Shown here: piece by piece, positions 1 to 9,535 of the stretch
How the letters are laid out: each line of letters starts with the position of its first letter
Numbering within the stretch: the stretch's first letter is position 1
From: Candidatus Methanosuratincola verstraetei
Lineage (GTDB): Archaea > Thermoproteota > Methanomethylicia > Methanomethylicales > Methanomethylicaceae
Assembly: GCA_049570475.1 (NCBI GenBank)
Contig: CP186953.1
Location: 1,159,658-1,223,657, forward strand
Direction: 5' to 3'
Length of the DNA stretch: 64,000 nucleotides
Made by a program: the position numbers and the translations under genes
Notes under the pieces: generated by a model
What the model was told of the DNA's origin: nothing
What the model saw: the letters and a program-made list of their open reading frames with translations, nothing else
Databases searched by the model: none

Positions 1-3000
1 ACAACGGATCCGTAGATGTCCCCTTCTCGTTTGAGGGCTATTTCGTGGAGATATCTTTTGGAAACGGGAGTCGCATCCCGGCTTACATCGACCAATACGG
101 AAAGTACTCTTATGGCGGGCTTGACAAGGGCTACTATACTGTGACCGCCCCGCGTCTCTCTCTCCCAGGCGGAGTGTTGATGACCAACACGACCCCCTCC
201 GAGCTCGTTGTGATGATCAAGTCCAGCTCAAAAAGTGATGTAGATTTTGGGTGGTTCTTTGAGACGCCTGTTCCGAGGTACCGTGTCAGCGGCATTGTAT
301 TCAACGACACAAACTTTGACGGGGTAAGGGATCCAGATGCCGGCGAACTCGGTCTCCAGGACTGGTACGTCTCTGTGCGTGCTGTCGGCGGTCCCATGTA
401 CGCCACCAGGACTGCCGCTGACGGATCATACTTCTTCGACCTCCTTCCAGGGACCTACGAGGTCTCCGTAATCCTCAGGGCGGGCTGGACCAACACCACC
501 TCGTGGAGCATGCCAGTCGTGGTCAACGGCTCCGCGGTAAGTGGCTTGGACTTTGGGGTAAAATTCATTGGCTTCCCTCCGCCCACTGCGCTCAGCATCA
601 GCGGTCGCGTCTACAACGACACCGACCGGAACGGCTTCTTCATCCCGCCTGGTGACCTTCCACTTGAAGGCTGGGATGTGGTCTACAGCAGGCTTGGCGG
701 TCCGATGTACTTGGCTGATCCGACCGACTCGGGCGGCGTCTACACGATAGCGGATCTAACGCCAGGGACGTACGCGGTTGAGCAGATACTTAGGGAAGGT
801 TGGGTCAACACCACCTCGCTTCTTAAGGTGGTTTCCGTGTCATCGTCTCCGGTCTCCAATGTCGATTTTGGCAACTTCTACGTGGGCACTGGAGGGGGGC
901 AGGTGCAGCTCAGCATCAGCGGTCGCGTCTACAACGACACTGATTCCAATGGTGCATTCGATCCTTACGTCGATCTGCCCATGCCTGGCTGGCAGGTTAT
1001 TCTGCTCGACTCGAACAACCTTCCTGTGTACACCTATCTGACTGGAGCTCAGGGTCTCTTCTCATTCTCCGGGCTTGCGCCGGGGACCTACAACTTGACG
1101 ATCGTGCGCCAGTCCGGATGGATTAACACCACCCCCGTCTGGTACTCTGTGGTAATTTCCGACACGCCGGTCTGGCGGGACTTCGGATTACACAAGTCGG
1201 GTGCCCCAGTTACCTTCACGGTCTACGGCACTATCTTCCAGGACTCCGACTCGGACGGCTACTATGATCCCCTCTCAGACGAGCCGCTAGAGGGCTGGAC
1301 GGTCCTGCTCTACGAAGGTATCTATGATGGCTCGGGCTCTCCGGCGAGGTTCGCGGTCACAGGCGCCGACGGGTTCTACTCATTTGGATCCCTGAACGCA
1401 GGATCGAACTACACGATTATAGCAGCCCTGGAGCTGGGATACACTAACTCGACTCCCAGGCTCCAATATGTGGTGAACTCTTCAGCCAGCTTCAACTTCG
1501 GCTTCGTCTCCACCGCACTCCCATGGAACTACTCCATAAGCGGGCTGGTCTTCAACGATACCGACGCGAATGGGATAAGGAACGCCTATGATCCGCCCAT
1601 GGCGGACTGGCAGGTGATGGTCTCGGACGCGTCGACCGGCATCCCTGTCCAAGTCGTGGCATCAGGGGGTGACGGCGCGTTCACCGCCTTTGGGCTGGGC
1701 CCTGGCAACTACCTTGTCTCGCTCCTGCTAAAGGATCGGTGGGTGAGCACCACCATGCCCGCCGCAGTAGCAATCACCTCGTCATCTGTATCCGGGATAA
1801 AGCTGGGCGCCAGCTATGTCCCGCCATCCCCGACGTACGTGGTTAGCGGAATCGTCTTCAACGATACTGATGGGGATGGGGTGCTGGAGGAGGGCGATCT
1901 CGGTCTCCAGGGCTGGAGTGTGTGGCTCTACAACGGCACCTACAACTCGACCGCTACCCCGTGGAAGAAGTCCACCACCCTCGAAACTGGGGAGTTCTAC
2001 TTCTCGGGCGTCCCGAACGGGACTTACACCGTCCTGGCGATCCTGCAGCCGGGCTGGACCAACACGACTGCCCGGTACTGCACTGTGACTGTGGCTGGCG
2101 GGCACTCCTCCGAGATCCGGTTCGGCGCGAGCGCGGTCGCGACCGCCCAGTACTACTCCATTAGCGGCTACGTCTACAACGACACCGACCGGAACGGGGC
2201 GAAGGAATTCTACGACCCCGGGCTTTCCGGCTGGGAGCTCTTCCTGCTCGACTACGACGGCTTCCCGATAGGCTATAATACGACCGTGGCAGGCGGATCC
2301 TACCAGTTCGCCTCCCTGCCTGAGGGCGTCTACACCGTCTTCGTCAGGATCCTCCAAGGGTATTCCAACAGCACGCCCAGCGTCAGGGCAGCGACACTGT
2401 CCGGAGGCCCTGTGGAGGATCTCAACTTCGGGGTCTACCCGCTCAACGCCTCGCCGGTGCAGCCCAGGTTCAACCTCAGCGGTCGCGTATTGCAATCCCC
2501 GCAGATGACCCCGATAAGCGGATTCACGGTCTGGCTCTACGCGGGGGATCGCAGCGAAGGGCTGACAATAGACGACTTCCCAATCGTGCGCACGACCACC
2601 AACTCAACCGGCCATTACCTGTTCACAAACCTGACTCCGGGCACTTACACCGCTATAGCCGTCATACCTTACAACTGGGAGCCAGTCAGCCCGAGGTTCA
2701 GGGTCGGGACAATCGTCAACGACTCGATAACCGTCCCGGACATGCTGGTGAAGAGCAGGAGCTCGGACAAATACACTGTTAGCGGCTACGTCTACAACGA
2801 CACCGACCGGAACGGGATCTACGACCCTGTCGGCGATAAAGGTCTCTACGGCTGGGAGGTCTTCATACTCGACAGCGCGGGGTTCCCGGTGGGCGCCGGA
2901 AGAGCCACGACCAACTCAACCGGATACTACTACTTCGCCAACATCTGGTCCGGAGATTACACAGTGTACATCAGAATGCAGCCCGGGTATGCAAACAGCA

Positions 3001-5747
3001 CCCCGAGGGCGCAGAACATAACAGTCAAAAACGCAAACGTCCCCAACGTCAACTTCCTCGTGTACCGAATCGCCTCGCCCCCAACGTACTACATAATGGC
3101 TAGCGTCTTCAACGACACCAACGGCAACTCGAGGTACGACGCCGGAGAGGGCCTATCCGGATGGGGGGTTTGGGTATACAGCGGTGTCTACACCGGCGGG
3201 GTGGCCTACCCGATCCGGGTGGCTACAACCGCCTCTTCTGGGAACGTAACCTTCGCAAACCTGCCGGAGGGCACCTACACTGTCGTCCAGCTCCCGTTGG
3301 CAAACTGGACGAATGTGACCCCTAGAAGTGTTGTTGTCACGCTAACCCAGAACACCAACGTCTCATTCATTGTCCGCCCGGTCTCTGGGCAGCCCACATA
3401 CTACCTCAGCGGCATGGTCTTCAGGGACTATGACCGGGACGGGGACTACACCAACCCGCCCGACTCCCCGCTTGCCTGGACCGTATACATCAACGACGGG
3501 AGCGGGCTTCCGTTCGCCGCATACAACACCTCATCAGCAAACGGGGCATTCAACTTCTCGGGTCTAGTCGCTGGCACCTACACAGTATACGTCGCGAACC
3601 AAACAGGGTACGCCAACAGCACCCCTGCATCTTTGACAGTCGCCCTTTCATCTAACACTGAGGGACTGAAATTCGGGATTTACCAGTTATCGCAGACCCC
3701 AACAATGGCGATCAGCGGTCGCGTCTTCAACGACACCAACCGCAACGGTTCATACGAGACAGGGACGGAATCCCCCGTCGCAGGTTGGAAGGTCCTCCTC
3801 TACATCGGCAACTACTCGATAACTTCAACCCCCACATACACTGCGATCACCAACGCCTCTGGCTGGTTCCAGTTCACTGGCCTGTCGTTCCGGAACTACA
3901 CCCTTGTGTTGTCGATGGAGCCAGGCTACACCAACAGCACCCCGCGGGTGTATTACATAATCAACGACTCTGCCCAAGTGCTGATGGGCGTCTACCCTAT
4001 CCCGCCCCAGCAACTCTACTCCATCAGCGGCTACGTCTACAACGACACCGACCGGAACGGGATCTTCGCCCAGGGGATCGAGCCAGGGATCGCGGACTGG
4101 ACTGTCTACCTCAACGATGCCTTGGGACTCCCCGCCTACGTGACCCGCACCAACGGAAGCGGCTACTACTCCTTCCTCGGGCTGCCTCCAGGGCCCTATA
4201 CTGTTTACCTCAACAACTCGATCTCGTATTGGGCAAACAGCACCCCGAGGAGGGTCTCTCTTGAGATCACTTCGAATTCTGTATCGCTAGACTTCGGCTT
4301 CTACAAGACTGATGCCAAGGCGGTCTATTCGATAACCGGATTCGTATTCAACGATCAGGACCGGAGCGGGTCTTTCAATGAGGGCGACTCCCCGATCGAG
4401 GGCTGGTCCGTGATGCTCTACGACTCTGGGGGCAACCTGCTCAACACTAGCGTGACAGGCAGCGGCGGCGTCTTCTCGTTCACCAACCTGAATAACGGCA
4501 GCTATACGATCGTAGAGGTGCTGCCGATAAACTGGGTCAACTCAACCCCAAGGGTGATGCCGATCACGATAGCAGGCACATCCATTTCAGGGATAAGCAT
4601 AGGGAACTACTACAACGTCTCAGCTCCAGTGACCTTCACGATCAGCGGCATAGTCTTCAACGACACCAACCGCAACGGCATATACGACACTGGATCTGAG
4701 AGCCCACTCCAGGGCTGGTCTGTGATCTTCAGGCCGCCTGAGGGCGGCATAGTCCAGGCAGTCACCGACTCGGGAGGCAGGTACGTCTTCTACACGATGC
4801 CGCCGGGCGAATACACCCTCGAGCTGATAACAAAGGAAGGCTGGACCAACACGACCGCCTCGAGGATAACCGTGAACGTCACCGATAGGGACTCGACTAA
4901 CAACAACTTCGGCGTGAGGTACAACCGGTTCAACGTGACCGGCTTCGTCTTCTTCGACCCGAACCAGAACGGCTTTGACTCCGCGGACTACTACCTCGCC
5001 GGCTGGGCAGTCACACTCACGGGATCAGGGGGCAACTTCACCACCGTGACCAACCAGTCTGGGGCATTCGCGTTCACCAATGTCCCAGGCGGGAACTATA
5101 CGCTCGCCGCCGCGGTACCCCAGGGATGGTCCAACACTACTGCTTCGTCCTCGAAGATAGACCTCCAGTCGAGCGTCTCCGGACAGTCGTTCGGCTTCAA
5201 GAGGAGCTTCTTCGCCGGACTCTACATAACTTACACCAGGCAGCAGTGGGGCACGGAGCCGACCCTCACAGCCGGGAACTTCAGCGCTGCCTACCCATCC
5301 GGGTTCGCGGAGATCGGGCGCCCCGGGACGGCCGACAACTACTCGATAATCTGGTCGAACGTAACGACAATGAGATCCTACTTGGTTAATACATACCCCG
5401 TTAGCCAACTCGCAGCCGACTACATCGATCCGGCAACCTACCCAGGGGGTCAGTTCGGAGCCAACGTCCTGGCACTAGAGCTCAACGTCAGGTTCAGCGA
5501 GAGGTCCATAAGCATCTTCCCTCTAGGCTTCGGCAGCCTGAGGGTCTATAACTACAGCGCGTCGGTAAACGGGATGAGCGTTGCCGAGGTACTCAGCATT
5601 GCGAACCAGGTCTTAGGAGGGGCAGAGATCTCCTCCCTCCTGCCCGGATTCACAATCGACGGGCTGAACAGCCTGTTGACGCAGCTCAACTCTGCCTTCA
5701 GATACGGATCCTCAGACACAACTTGGGCCAGCCAGCACCTCTTCTGA
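1..5747 (+). CDS. Giant secreted/surface adhesin-like protein, 5'-partial (continues upstream of window). About 16 tandem CnaB/SdrD-B-like (carboxypeptidase-regulatory-like) repeats with DxDxDG-type Ca-binding loops, heavily N-glycosylation-sequon rich; distinct ~200-aa C-terminal domain, no C-terminal TM anchor.
   Basis: The open frame runs from nt 3 with no upstream stop, so the gene is truncated at the window edge. Motifs such as SGxVFNDTDRNG...LxGWxV...TxxxGxYxF..LxPGTYTV...GWTNTT repeat about every 104 aa. More than 80 NxS/T sequons are present. Stop codon TGA at 5745-5747. Confidence 0.8.
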   Translation, partial: NGSVDVPFSFEGYFVEISFGNGSRIPAYIDQYGKYSYGGLDKGYYTVTAPRLSLPGGVLMTNTTPSELVVMIKSSSKSDVDFGWFFETPVPRYRVSGIVFNDTNFDGVRDPDAGELGLQDWYVSVRAVGGPMYATRTAADGSYFFDLLPGTYEVSVILRAGWTNTTSWSMPVVVNGSAVSGLDFGVKFIGFPPPTALSISGRVYNDTDRNGFFIPPGDLPLEGWDVVYSRLGGPMYLADPTDSGGVYTIADLTPGTYAVEQILREGWVNTTSLLKVVSVSSSPVSNVDFGNFYVGTGGGQVQLSISGRVYNDTDSNGAFDPYVDLPMPGWQVILLDSNNLPVYTYLTGAQGLFSFSGLAPGTYNLTIVRQSGWINTTPVWYSVVISDTPVWRDFGLHKSGAPVTFTVYGTIFQDSDSDGYYDPLSDEPLEGWTVLLYEGIYDGSGSPARFAVTGADGFYSFGSLNAGSNYTIIAALELGYTNSTPRLQYVVNSSASFNFGFVSTALPWNYSISGLVFNDTDANGIRNAYDPPMADWQVMVSDASTGIPVQVVASGGDGAFTAFGLGPGNYLVSLLLKDRWVSTTMPAAVAITSSSVSGIKLGASYVPPSPTYVVSGIVFNDTDGDGVLEEGDLGLQGWSVWLYNGTYNSTATPWKKSTTLETGEFYFSGVPNGTYTVLAILQPGWTNTTARYCTVTVAGGHSSEIRFGASAVATAQYYSISGYVYNDTDRNGAKEFYDPGLSGWELFLLDYDGFPIGYNTTVAGGSYQFASLPEGVYTVFVRILQGYSNSTPSVRAATLSGGPVEDLNFGVYPLNASPVQPRFNLSGRVLQSPQMTPISGFTVWLYAGDRSEGLTIDDFPIVRTTTNSTGHYLFTNLTPGTYTAIAVIPYNWEPVSPRFRVGTIVNDSITVPDMLVKSRSSDKYTVSGYVYNDTDRNGIYDPVGDKGLYGWEVFILDSAGFPVGAGRATTNSTGYYYFANIWSGDYTVYIRMQPGYANSTPRAQNITVKNANVPNVNFLVYRIASPPTYYIMASVFNDTNGNSRYDAGEGLSGWGVWVYSGVYTGGVAYPIRVATTASSGNVTFANLPEGTYTVVQLPLANWTNVTPRSVVVTLTQNTNVSFIVRPVSGQPTYYLSGMVFRDYDRDGDYTNPPDSPLAWTVYINDGSGLPFAAYNTSSANGAFNFSGLVAGTYTVYVANQTGYANSTPASLTVALSSNTEGLKFGIYQLSQTPTMAISGRVFNDTNRNGSYETGTESPVAGWKVLLYIGNYSITSTPTYTAITNASGWFQFTGLSFRNYTLVLSMEPGYTNSTPRVYYIINDSAQVLMGVYPIPPQQLYSISGYVYNDTDRNGIFAQGIEPGIADWTVYLNDALGLPAYVTRTNGSGYYSFLGLPPGPYTVYLNNSISYWANSTPRRVSLEITSNSVSLDFGFYKTDAKAVYSITGFVFNDQDRSGSFNEGDSPIEGWSVMLYDSGGNLLNTSVTGSGGVFSFTNLNNGSYTIVEVLPINWVNSTPRVMPITIAGTSISGISIGNYYNVSAPVTFTISGIVFNDTNRNGIYDTGSESPLQGWSVIFRPPEGGIVQAVTDSGGRYVFYTMPPGEYTLELITKEGWTNTTASRITVNVTDRDSTNNNFGVRYNRFNVTGFVFFDPNQNGFDSADYYLAGWAVTLTGSGGNFTTVTNQSGAFAFTNVPGGNYTLAAAVPQGWSNTTASSSKIDLQSSVSGQSFGFKRSFFAGLYITYTRQQWGTEPTLTAGNFSAAYPSGFAEIGRPGTADNYSIIWSNVTTMRSYLVNTYPVSQLAADYIDPATYPGGQFGANVLALELNVRFSERSISIFPLGFGSLRVYNYSASVNGMSVAEVLSIANQVLGGAEISSLLPGFTIDGLNSLLTQLNSAFRYGSSDTTWASQHLF
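290..5210 (+). repeat. Coding tandem repeat array, period ~310 bp (~104 aa), about 16 copies of the Ca-binding beta-sandwich repeat; near-identical 40-nt cores (e.g. agcggtcgcgtctacaacgacaccgaccggaacgg at ~600, ~2165, ~2783, ~4027).
   Basis: Direct reading of recurring nucleotide strings and protein motifs (YVYNDTDRNG appears 4 times verbatim). Confidence 0.8.
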
Positions 5748-5759
5748 TCAAGGATTCGC

Positions 5760-5782
5760 TCCTTCTCTCTCTTTTTTCTATT
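5760..5782 (+). terminator. Pyrimidine/T-rich tract (ccttctctctcttttttctattc) immediately after giant gene stop; archaeal oligo-T terminator candidate.
   Basis: Seen in sequence; convergent guaAA ends at 5923. Confidence 0.4.
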
Positions 5783-5922
5783 CAAACGCCTGTCTTGAAT
5801 CGGTTCCAATTTCTTATCCAAATGACTCGGCAATATGCTTCAAATGAGATGCCAATCGCAAATGCGCAGCCCCTGCCCAGATGGGCGTTGATTGAACCTG
5901 CGGTCGTCGCGGATGAGCTGCC

Positions 5923-6492
5923 CTATGACTTGCAGATTCCCGCGAAATTCTTGAGTATCTGTTTCCCCACCGGGGTCTCAGCCACCTCCGGGTGGAACTG
6001 GACGCCGTAGACCTCCCTGCCTTCAGCCCTGAGGGCCTCGACCCCGCAGTAGTCGCTCTCGGCGAGCACCGAAAACCTCTCGTTCCCGGTCCTCCTCACC
6101 TCGTCGTTGTGTGATGCCCAAGCGACGAACTCCCTCCCTACCCCGGCAAGGATCTCGTCCTCCTCCAAGACCCTGATCACCGTCCTCCCGTACTCCGGCT
6201 TCCTGCCCTTCACCACCTCCCCCCCGAGCAGCTTCCCGATCAGCTGGTGCGAGAGGCATATCCCAAGCACCGGGAACGGGGCCCGCTCCACGATCTCCGG
6301 GAGCGACCCGAACCTCGCCATCCCGTCGTTCACGCTGTAAGGCCCCCCTCCCATGACCAGCCCGTCCGCCCCCTTCAGCCCATCGAGCCCGACATTCGGC
6401 ATGACGAGCCTGCTCGACACCCCGAGCTCCTTGAGCGCCCTGACTATCAGGTGGTTGTACTGCCCGCCGAGGAAGACCACGGGGATCTCCAT
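5923..6492 (-). CDS. guaAA: GMP synthase [glutamine-hydrolyzing] subunit A (class I glutamine amidotransferase)
   Basis: The ORF encodes MEIPVVFLGGQYNHLIVRAL...GICLSHQLI...VQFHPE, giving the GATase Cys-His-Glu triad context. Start chosen at internal Met (MEIPVV). Confidence 0.85.
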   Translation of the reverse strand: MEIPVVFLGGQYNHLIVRALKELGVSSRLVMPNVGLDGLKGADGLVMGGGPYSVNDGMARFGSLPEIVERAPFPVLGICLSHQLIGKLLGGEVVKGRKPEYGRTVIRVLEEDEILAGVGREFVAWASHNDEVRRTGNERFSVLAESDYCGVEALRAEGREVYGVQFHPEVAETPVGKQILKNFAGICKS

Positions 6493-6588
6493 CCGACCAT
6501 CGACCTGCCGCAAGGCTCCTTGCACAGAACAAAAGGAAGGTGGAAGGATAAATAGCATGTGGTGGCGCTGTGCGGTCTATCGGCGCCC

Positions 6589-7779
6589 TCACTCGAACTC
6601 CACAGTCGCCGGAGGCTTCGACGTGATGTCGTAGCAGACCAACCCGACGCGGGGGTCCTCCATCACCCTCGACGCGATCCTCCTCAGCACTTCCCGCGGG
6701 ACTGGCGTCGGCTTCACCGTCATGAAGTCCCTCGTCTCGACCGCCCTCACTATCACGGCGTAGCCGCCTGCCCCTCTTTTCCTCCCGTCCACTGCTAGGA
6801 GCACCCTGACGACCCCCCAGTCCTCGTGGATCACCTTCTCCACGATGCCCAGGAGATCCGCCGGTTCTGCCTGCTCCCCCGGCTCCACGACGACCATCCT
6901 CCCGTAAGCCCTCTCGTCGCCCTTCACGCCTGTCGCTCGTGCCCCGAGGTACCAAGCCCTCCCGTTTGGCCCGACCGCCGACCTCGCCATCCTCGAGTCA
7001 GCCTCCCTCCGGTCGTCCTCCGCCACCGCGGCGAAGTACTGCTTCGGGGGCGGATCCAGCCTCGAGAGCTCCCCCTCCACGACCGCGGTCGCCTTCCTGA
7101 GGACCTCCATCTTCTCCTCGGTGACCTCCCCGATGCACCTGACCATGAGCCCGGGCCCGGGGAAGGGCTGCCTCTGCGACGCGTCAAGCCTCACGCCCAG
7201 GTGGACCGCCAGCCTCCTCACCTGGTCCTTGTAGAGTTCCAGGAGCGGCTCGAGGAGCCTGAACCCGAACGAAGTTTTAGTGTCCACGCCGAGCTGCTCG
7301 AGGACGTTGTGCTGAGTCTTTATCCCGCCCGCGGTCTCGATCCAGTCCGGCGCTATCGTCCCCTGGATGAGCACGTCGCACCCCTCGGCTTTAGCCGCCT
7401 CGCCGAGCACCGTGTAGAAAGTCTCCCTGAATGCGATCCGCTTGGCTTCCGCGTCCGACTTGCCCTTGAGCGCCGCCATGAACCTGTCGCTGACAGAGAG
7501 GATCCTGAGCGGGAGCCCCAGCGAGGTGAGTATCCCCTTGACCTCCTCGACCTCCCCCTCCCTCATGAAGCCCGTGTCGAGGAAGAAGCAGACGAGCCTC
7601 TCCCCGAGCGCGCGGTGCGCCAGAGCAGCGCAGACCGTGCTGTCGACCCCGCCCGAGGTCGCTATCGCAGCCTTGCCGTCGCCTACGAACCTCCTGATCT
7701 CGGCGACCTTCTCTTCCGTGAATCTTGCAGGGTCAAAAGCCTCAACCGCTCCAGGATCAGAAATCTTGCAAACCCCCAA
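6589..7779 (-). CDS. guaAB: GMP synthase subunit B (ATP pyrophosphatase), about 90 aa longer than usual because of an internal duplicated C-terminal motif.
   Basis: PP-loop SGGVDSTV is present. The C-terminus reads RQPFPGPGL...GDERAYG...IVRAVETRDFMT...YDITSKPPATVEFE. A second GDERxYG...VV..L-like copy lies upstream of it. Confidence 0.85.
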   Translation of the reverse strand: MGVCKISDPGAVEAFDPARFTEEKVAEIRRFVGDGKAAIATSGGVDSTVCAALAHRALGERLVCFFLDTGFMREGEVEEVKGILTSLGLPLRILSVSDRFMAALKGKSDAEAKRIAFRETFYTVLGEAAKAEGCDVLIQGTIAPDWIETAGGIKTQHNVLEQLGVDTKTSFGFRLLEPLLELYKDQVRRLAVHLGVRLDASQRQPFPGPGLMVRCIGEVTEEKMEVLRKATAVVEGELSRLDPPPKQYFAAVAEDDRREADSRMARSAVGPNGRAWYLGARATGVKGDERAYGRMVVVEPGEQAEPADLLGIVEKVIHEDWGVVRVLLAVDGRKRGAGGYAVIVRAVETRDFMTVKPTPVPREVLRRIASRVMEDPRVGLVCYDITSKPPATVEFE

Positions 7780-7845
7780 CAGCGCTCTCTACGGCAAGGT
7801 TAATCTTAAAGTTAGTGCAGACCCGATCAGCGGTAGGTGCGCTTC

Positions 7846-8406
7846 ATGCTCAACAGGGTCAGGAACGCCGTCTCGAGGGTATTGAGACCGCTGGCCTCCG
7901 CGCTGGCGAGGTCGCGGGTGCCGCCTAACGCCATCACTCTCCTGGGCTTCCTCGTCTCGCTCGTGGCTGCCTATGCCTTCTACCGGTCTGTGCCTGTGCT
8001 TGGCGGGGTCGTGCTGCTGATCTCCGGGTTCTTCGACATCATCGACGGCGCCGTCGCCCGAGCCTCCGGGAGGGTCACCAAGTGGGGAGGCGTCCTGGAC
8101 TCGACCCTGGACCGGTACTCAGACCTTGCAGTACTCGGAGCGATCGCCATCTCCGGCCTCTGCAACCCGATCGCGGGAATGGCAGCCATGATCGGGTCCG
8201 TCATGGTCAGCTACGTGAGGGCGAGGGGAGAGGTCGAGCAGGTCAGGATGTCCGCCGTCGGTCTGATGGAGCGGGCCGAGAGGATGGTGCTGGTGGCAGC
8301 AACCGCGATCCTCGGGATCCTCGACATCGGGATCCTTGTCCTCGCGCTGCTCACGAACATGACCGTCCTGCAGCGGCTCTACCACATCTGGAGGTCCCTC
8401 TCCTAG
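7846..8406 (+). CDS. CDP-alcohol phosphatidyltransferase family protein (archaetidylinositol-phosphate/archaetidylserine synthase-like)
   Basis: Motif DGAVARASGRVTKWGGVLDSTLDRYSD (D-G-x2-A-R...G-x3-D-x3-D) together with multiple TM helices. Confidence 0.75.
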   Translation: MLNRVRNAVSRVLRPLASALARSRVPPNAITLLGFLVSLVAAYAFYRSVPVLGGVVLLISGFFDIIDGAVARASGRVTKWGGVLDSTLDRYSDLAVLGAIAISGLCNPIAGMAAMIGSVMVSYVRARGEVEQVRMSAVGLMERAERMVLVAATAILGILDIGILVLALLTNMTVLQRLYHIWRSLS

Positions 8407-8560
8407 CCTTTTCGCTTTACTTGCAGAGCCCGCGGCTTTCCCAGGCGCGGCGCCCAGAGCCTCCACCTCCAGCCACCCTTCCCCCCATCCATCCAACCAG
8501 CCGATCTACAAAACGGACAATTCGCAAAAACGGCTGGTCTGAGATTGCTCCCAAGACCGA

Positions 8561-8887
8561 TCAGCCCGGCGGGGATAGGCGCCTGGCAGTCTCCTTCAGG
8601 AGATCCACCCCCCTCCGGAACGTCTCGATCCCCTTCTCGGTCGGGCGGTAGTACCTGCGTGCGACCTTCTTCCCCGCCGATTCCTCTTTGCAGCTGGAGA
8701 GCAGCCCCTCCCGCTCCATCGCATACAGGACGACGTAGACCGTTATAGTTGCAGGCTCGAACCCGAACTCCTCCGAGATCCTCTCCCTTATCTCATACGC
8801 GTACATCGGGCGGTCCATCAGCAGGCGCATCACGTAGAGCCAGAGGTTCTCCCTCGTTATCTTCTCAACCAGCCTCTCATAGGCCAT
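8561..8887 (-). CDS. PadR-family transcriptional regulator
   Basis: Contains the winged-HTH signature LWLYVMRLL..RPMYAYEIRERI...ATITVYVVLYAMEREGLL. Confidence 0.75.
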   Translation of the reverse strand: MAYERLVEKITRENLWLYVMRLLMDRPMYAYEIRERISEEFGFEPATITVYVVLYAMEREGLLSSCKEESAGKKVARRYYRPTEKGIETFRRGVDLLKETARRLSPPG

Positions 8888-8947
8888 CGCGATCAGTACC
8901 CCCCGGTCCCGCGCGCATCCTGTTCACAATCCCCTGCCGCAGGACCA

Positions 8948-9523
8948 TCAGGGCACCATCCCCCTCACGATCGTTATGCAGTGGCTCGCGAGGTACGGAT
9001 GCGGGCCTAGGCTCACCCTCTTCGCGCCCATTGAGTCGAGGCAGCGCTCACCCTTGGGGTCTATGCCCTTCTGGTCGCCCAGCACGAAAGCCGCCTTTTC
9101 GCCGAACTCCGACTTAGAAAAGTCCTCTCCATCCTCGTGCAAGTAATACAGGGAGAAACCTTCCCTGGAGTGCCTCCTCACGGCCTGCCCGAAATCCTCC
9201 CTGGTCGCGGAGACGCCGCGCGGGGCCCTGCCCGCCATCGCAGCCACCAGCATCTCCGCCGCCTCCACCTCTCCCTCGGGCGCCCGATCCATGCCTGCGC
9301 CGTCGAACTCTACGCTCAGCGGCGGATCGGGGGGCCCCTCGAGGACCACGGTGATCCTGCAGCCCCTGTCAATCCCGTCCGGTTCTGGCGATAGGAGCGC
9401 GGCAATTATGCACCTGCAGACCAGGTCCATCCTCCCCCCGCTCCCAGCCAGCGACTTGATGGAAAAGTCAGGGGCAGTGCGCCCCTCCGAAGCCTTCAGT
9501 ATAAAAGACCTGAGCAAAATCAA
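8948..9523 (-). CDS. trmY: tRNA (pseudouridine54-N1)-methyltransferase TrmY (DUF358, SPOUT)
   Basis: Has RMDLVCRCIIAAL near the N-terminus and a C-terminal VSLGPHPYLASHCITIV trefoil-knot motif typical of TrmY. Confidence 0.65.
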   Translation of the reverse strand: MILLRSFILKASEGRTAPDFSIKSLAGSGGRMDLVCRCIIAALLSPEPDGIDRGCRITVVLEGPPDPPLSVEFDGAGMDRAPEGEVEAAEMLVAAMAGRAPRGVSATREDFGQAVRRHSREGFSLYYLHEDGEDFSKSEFGEKAAFVLGDQKGIDPKGERCLDSMGAKRVSLGPHPYLASHCITIVRGMVP

Positions 9524-9535
9524 GGAACGGCGCCC

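Noticed and set aside
290-5210. Regular about 310-bp repeats, possibly a CRISPR-like array
   Set aside because: The repeats are protein-coding domain repeats inside one continuous ORF. They are not short palindromic repeats with unique spacers, and there are no cas genes.
6023-6955. 310-aa Arg/Gly-rich ORF, and similar long ORFs at 6826-7803, 10218-11051, 11766-12803, 12987-13922, 13770-14513, 20315-21067, 23612-24661, 28765-29517, 30722-31453, 38595-39263, 41151-42116, 53821-54717, 57620-58936
   Set aside because: All lie antisense to, or out of frame with, strongly recognisable genes (guaA, gatE, glmS, accC, CoA-transferase, pyrG, AOR, fumA, ligase, gap). Their composition is low complexity (R/G/P/A-rich), which is typical of shadow ORFs in about 60% GC DNA.
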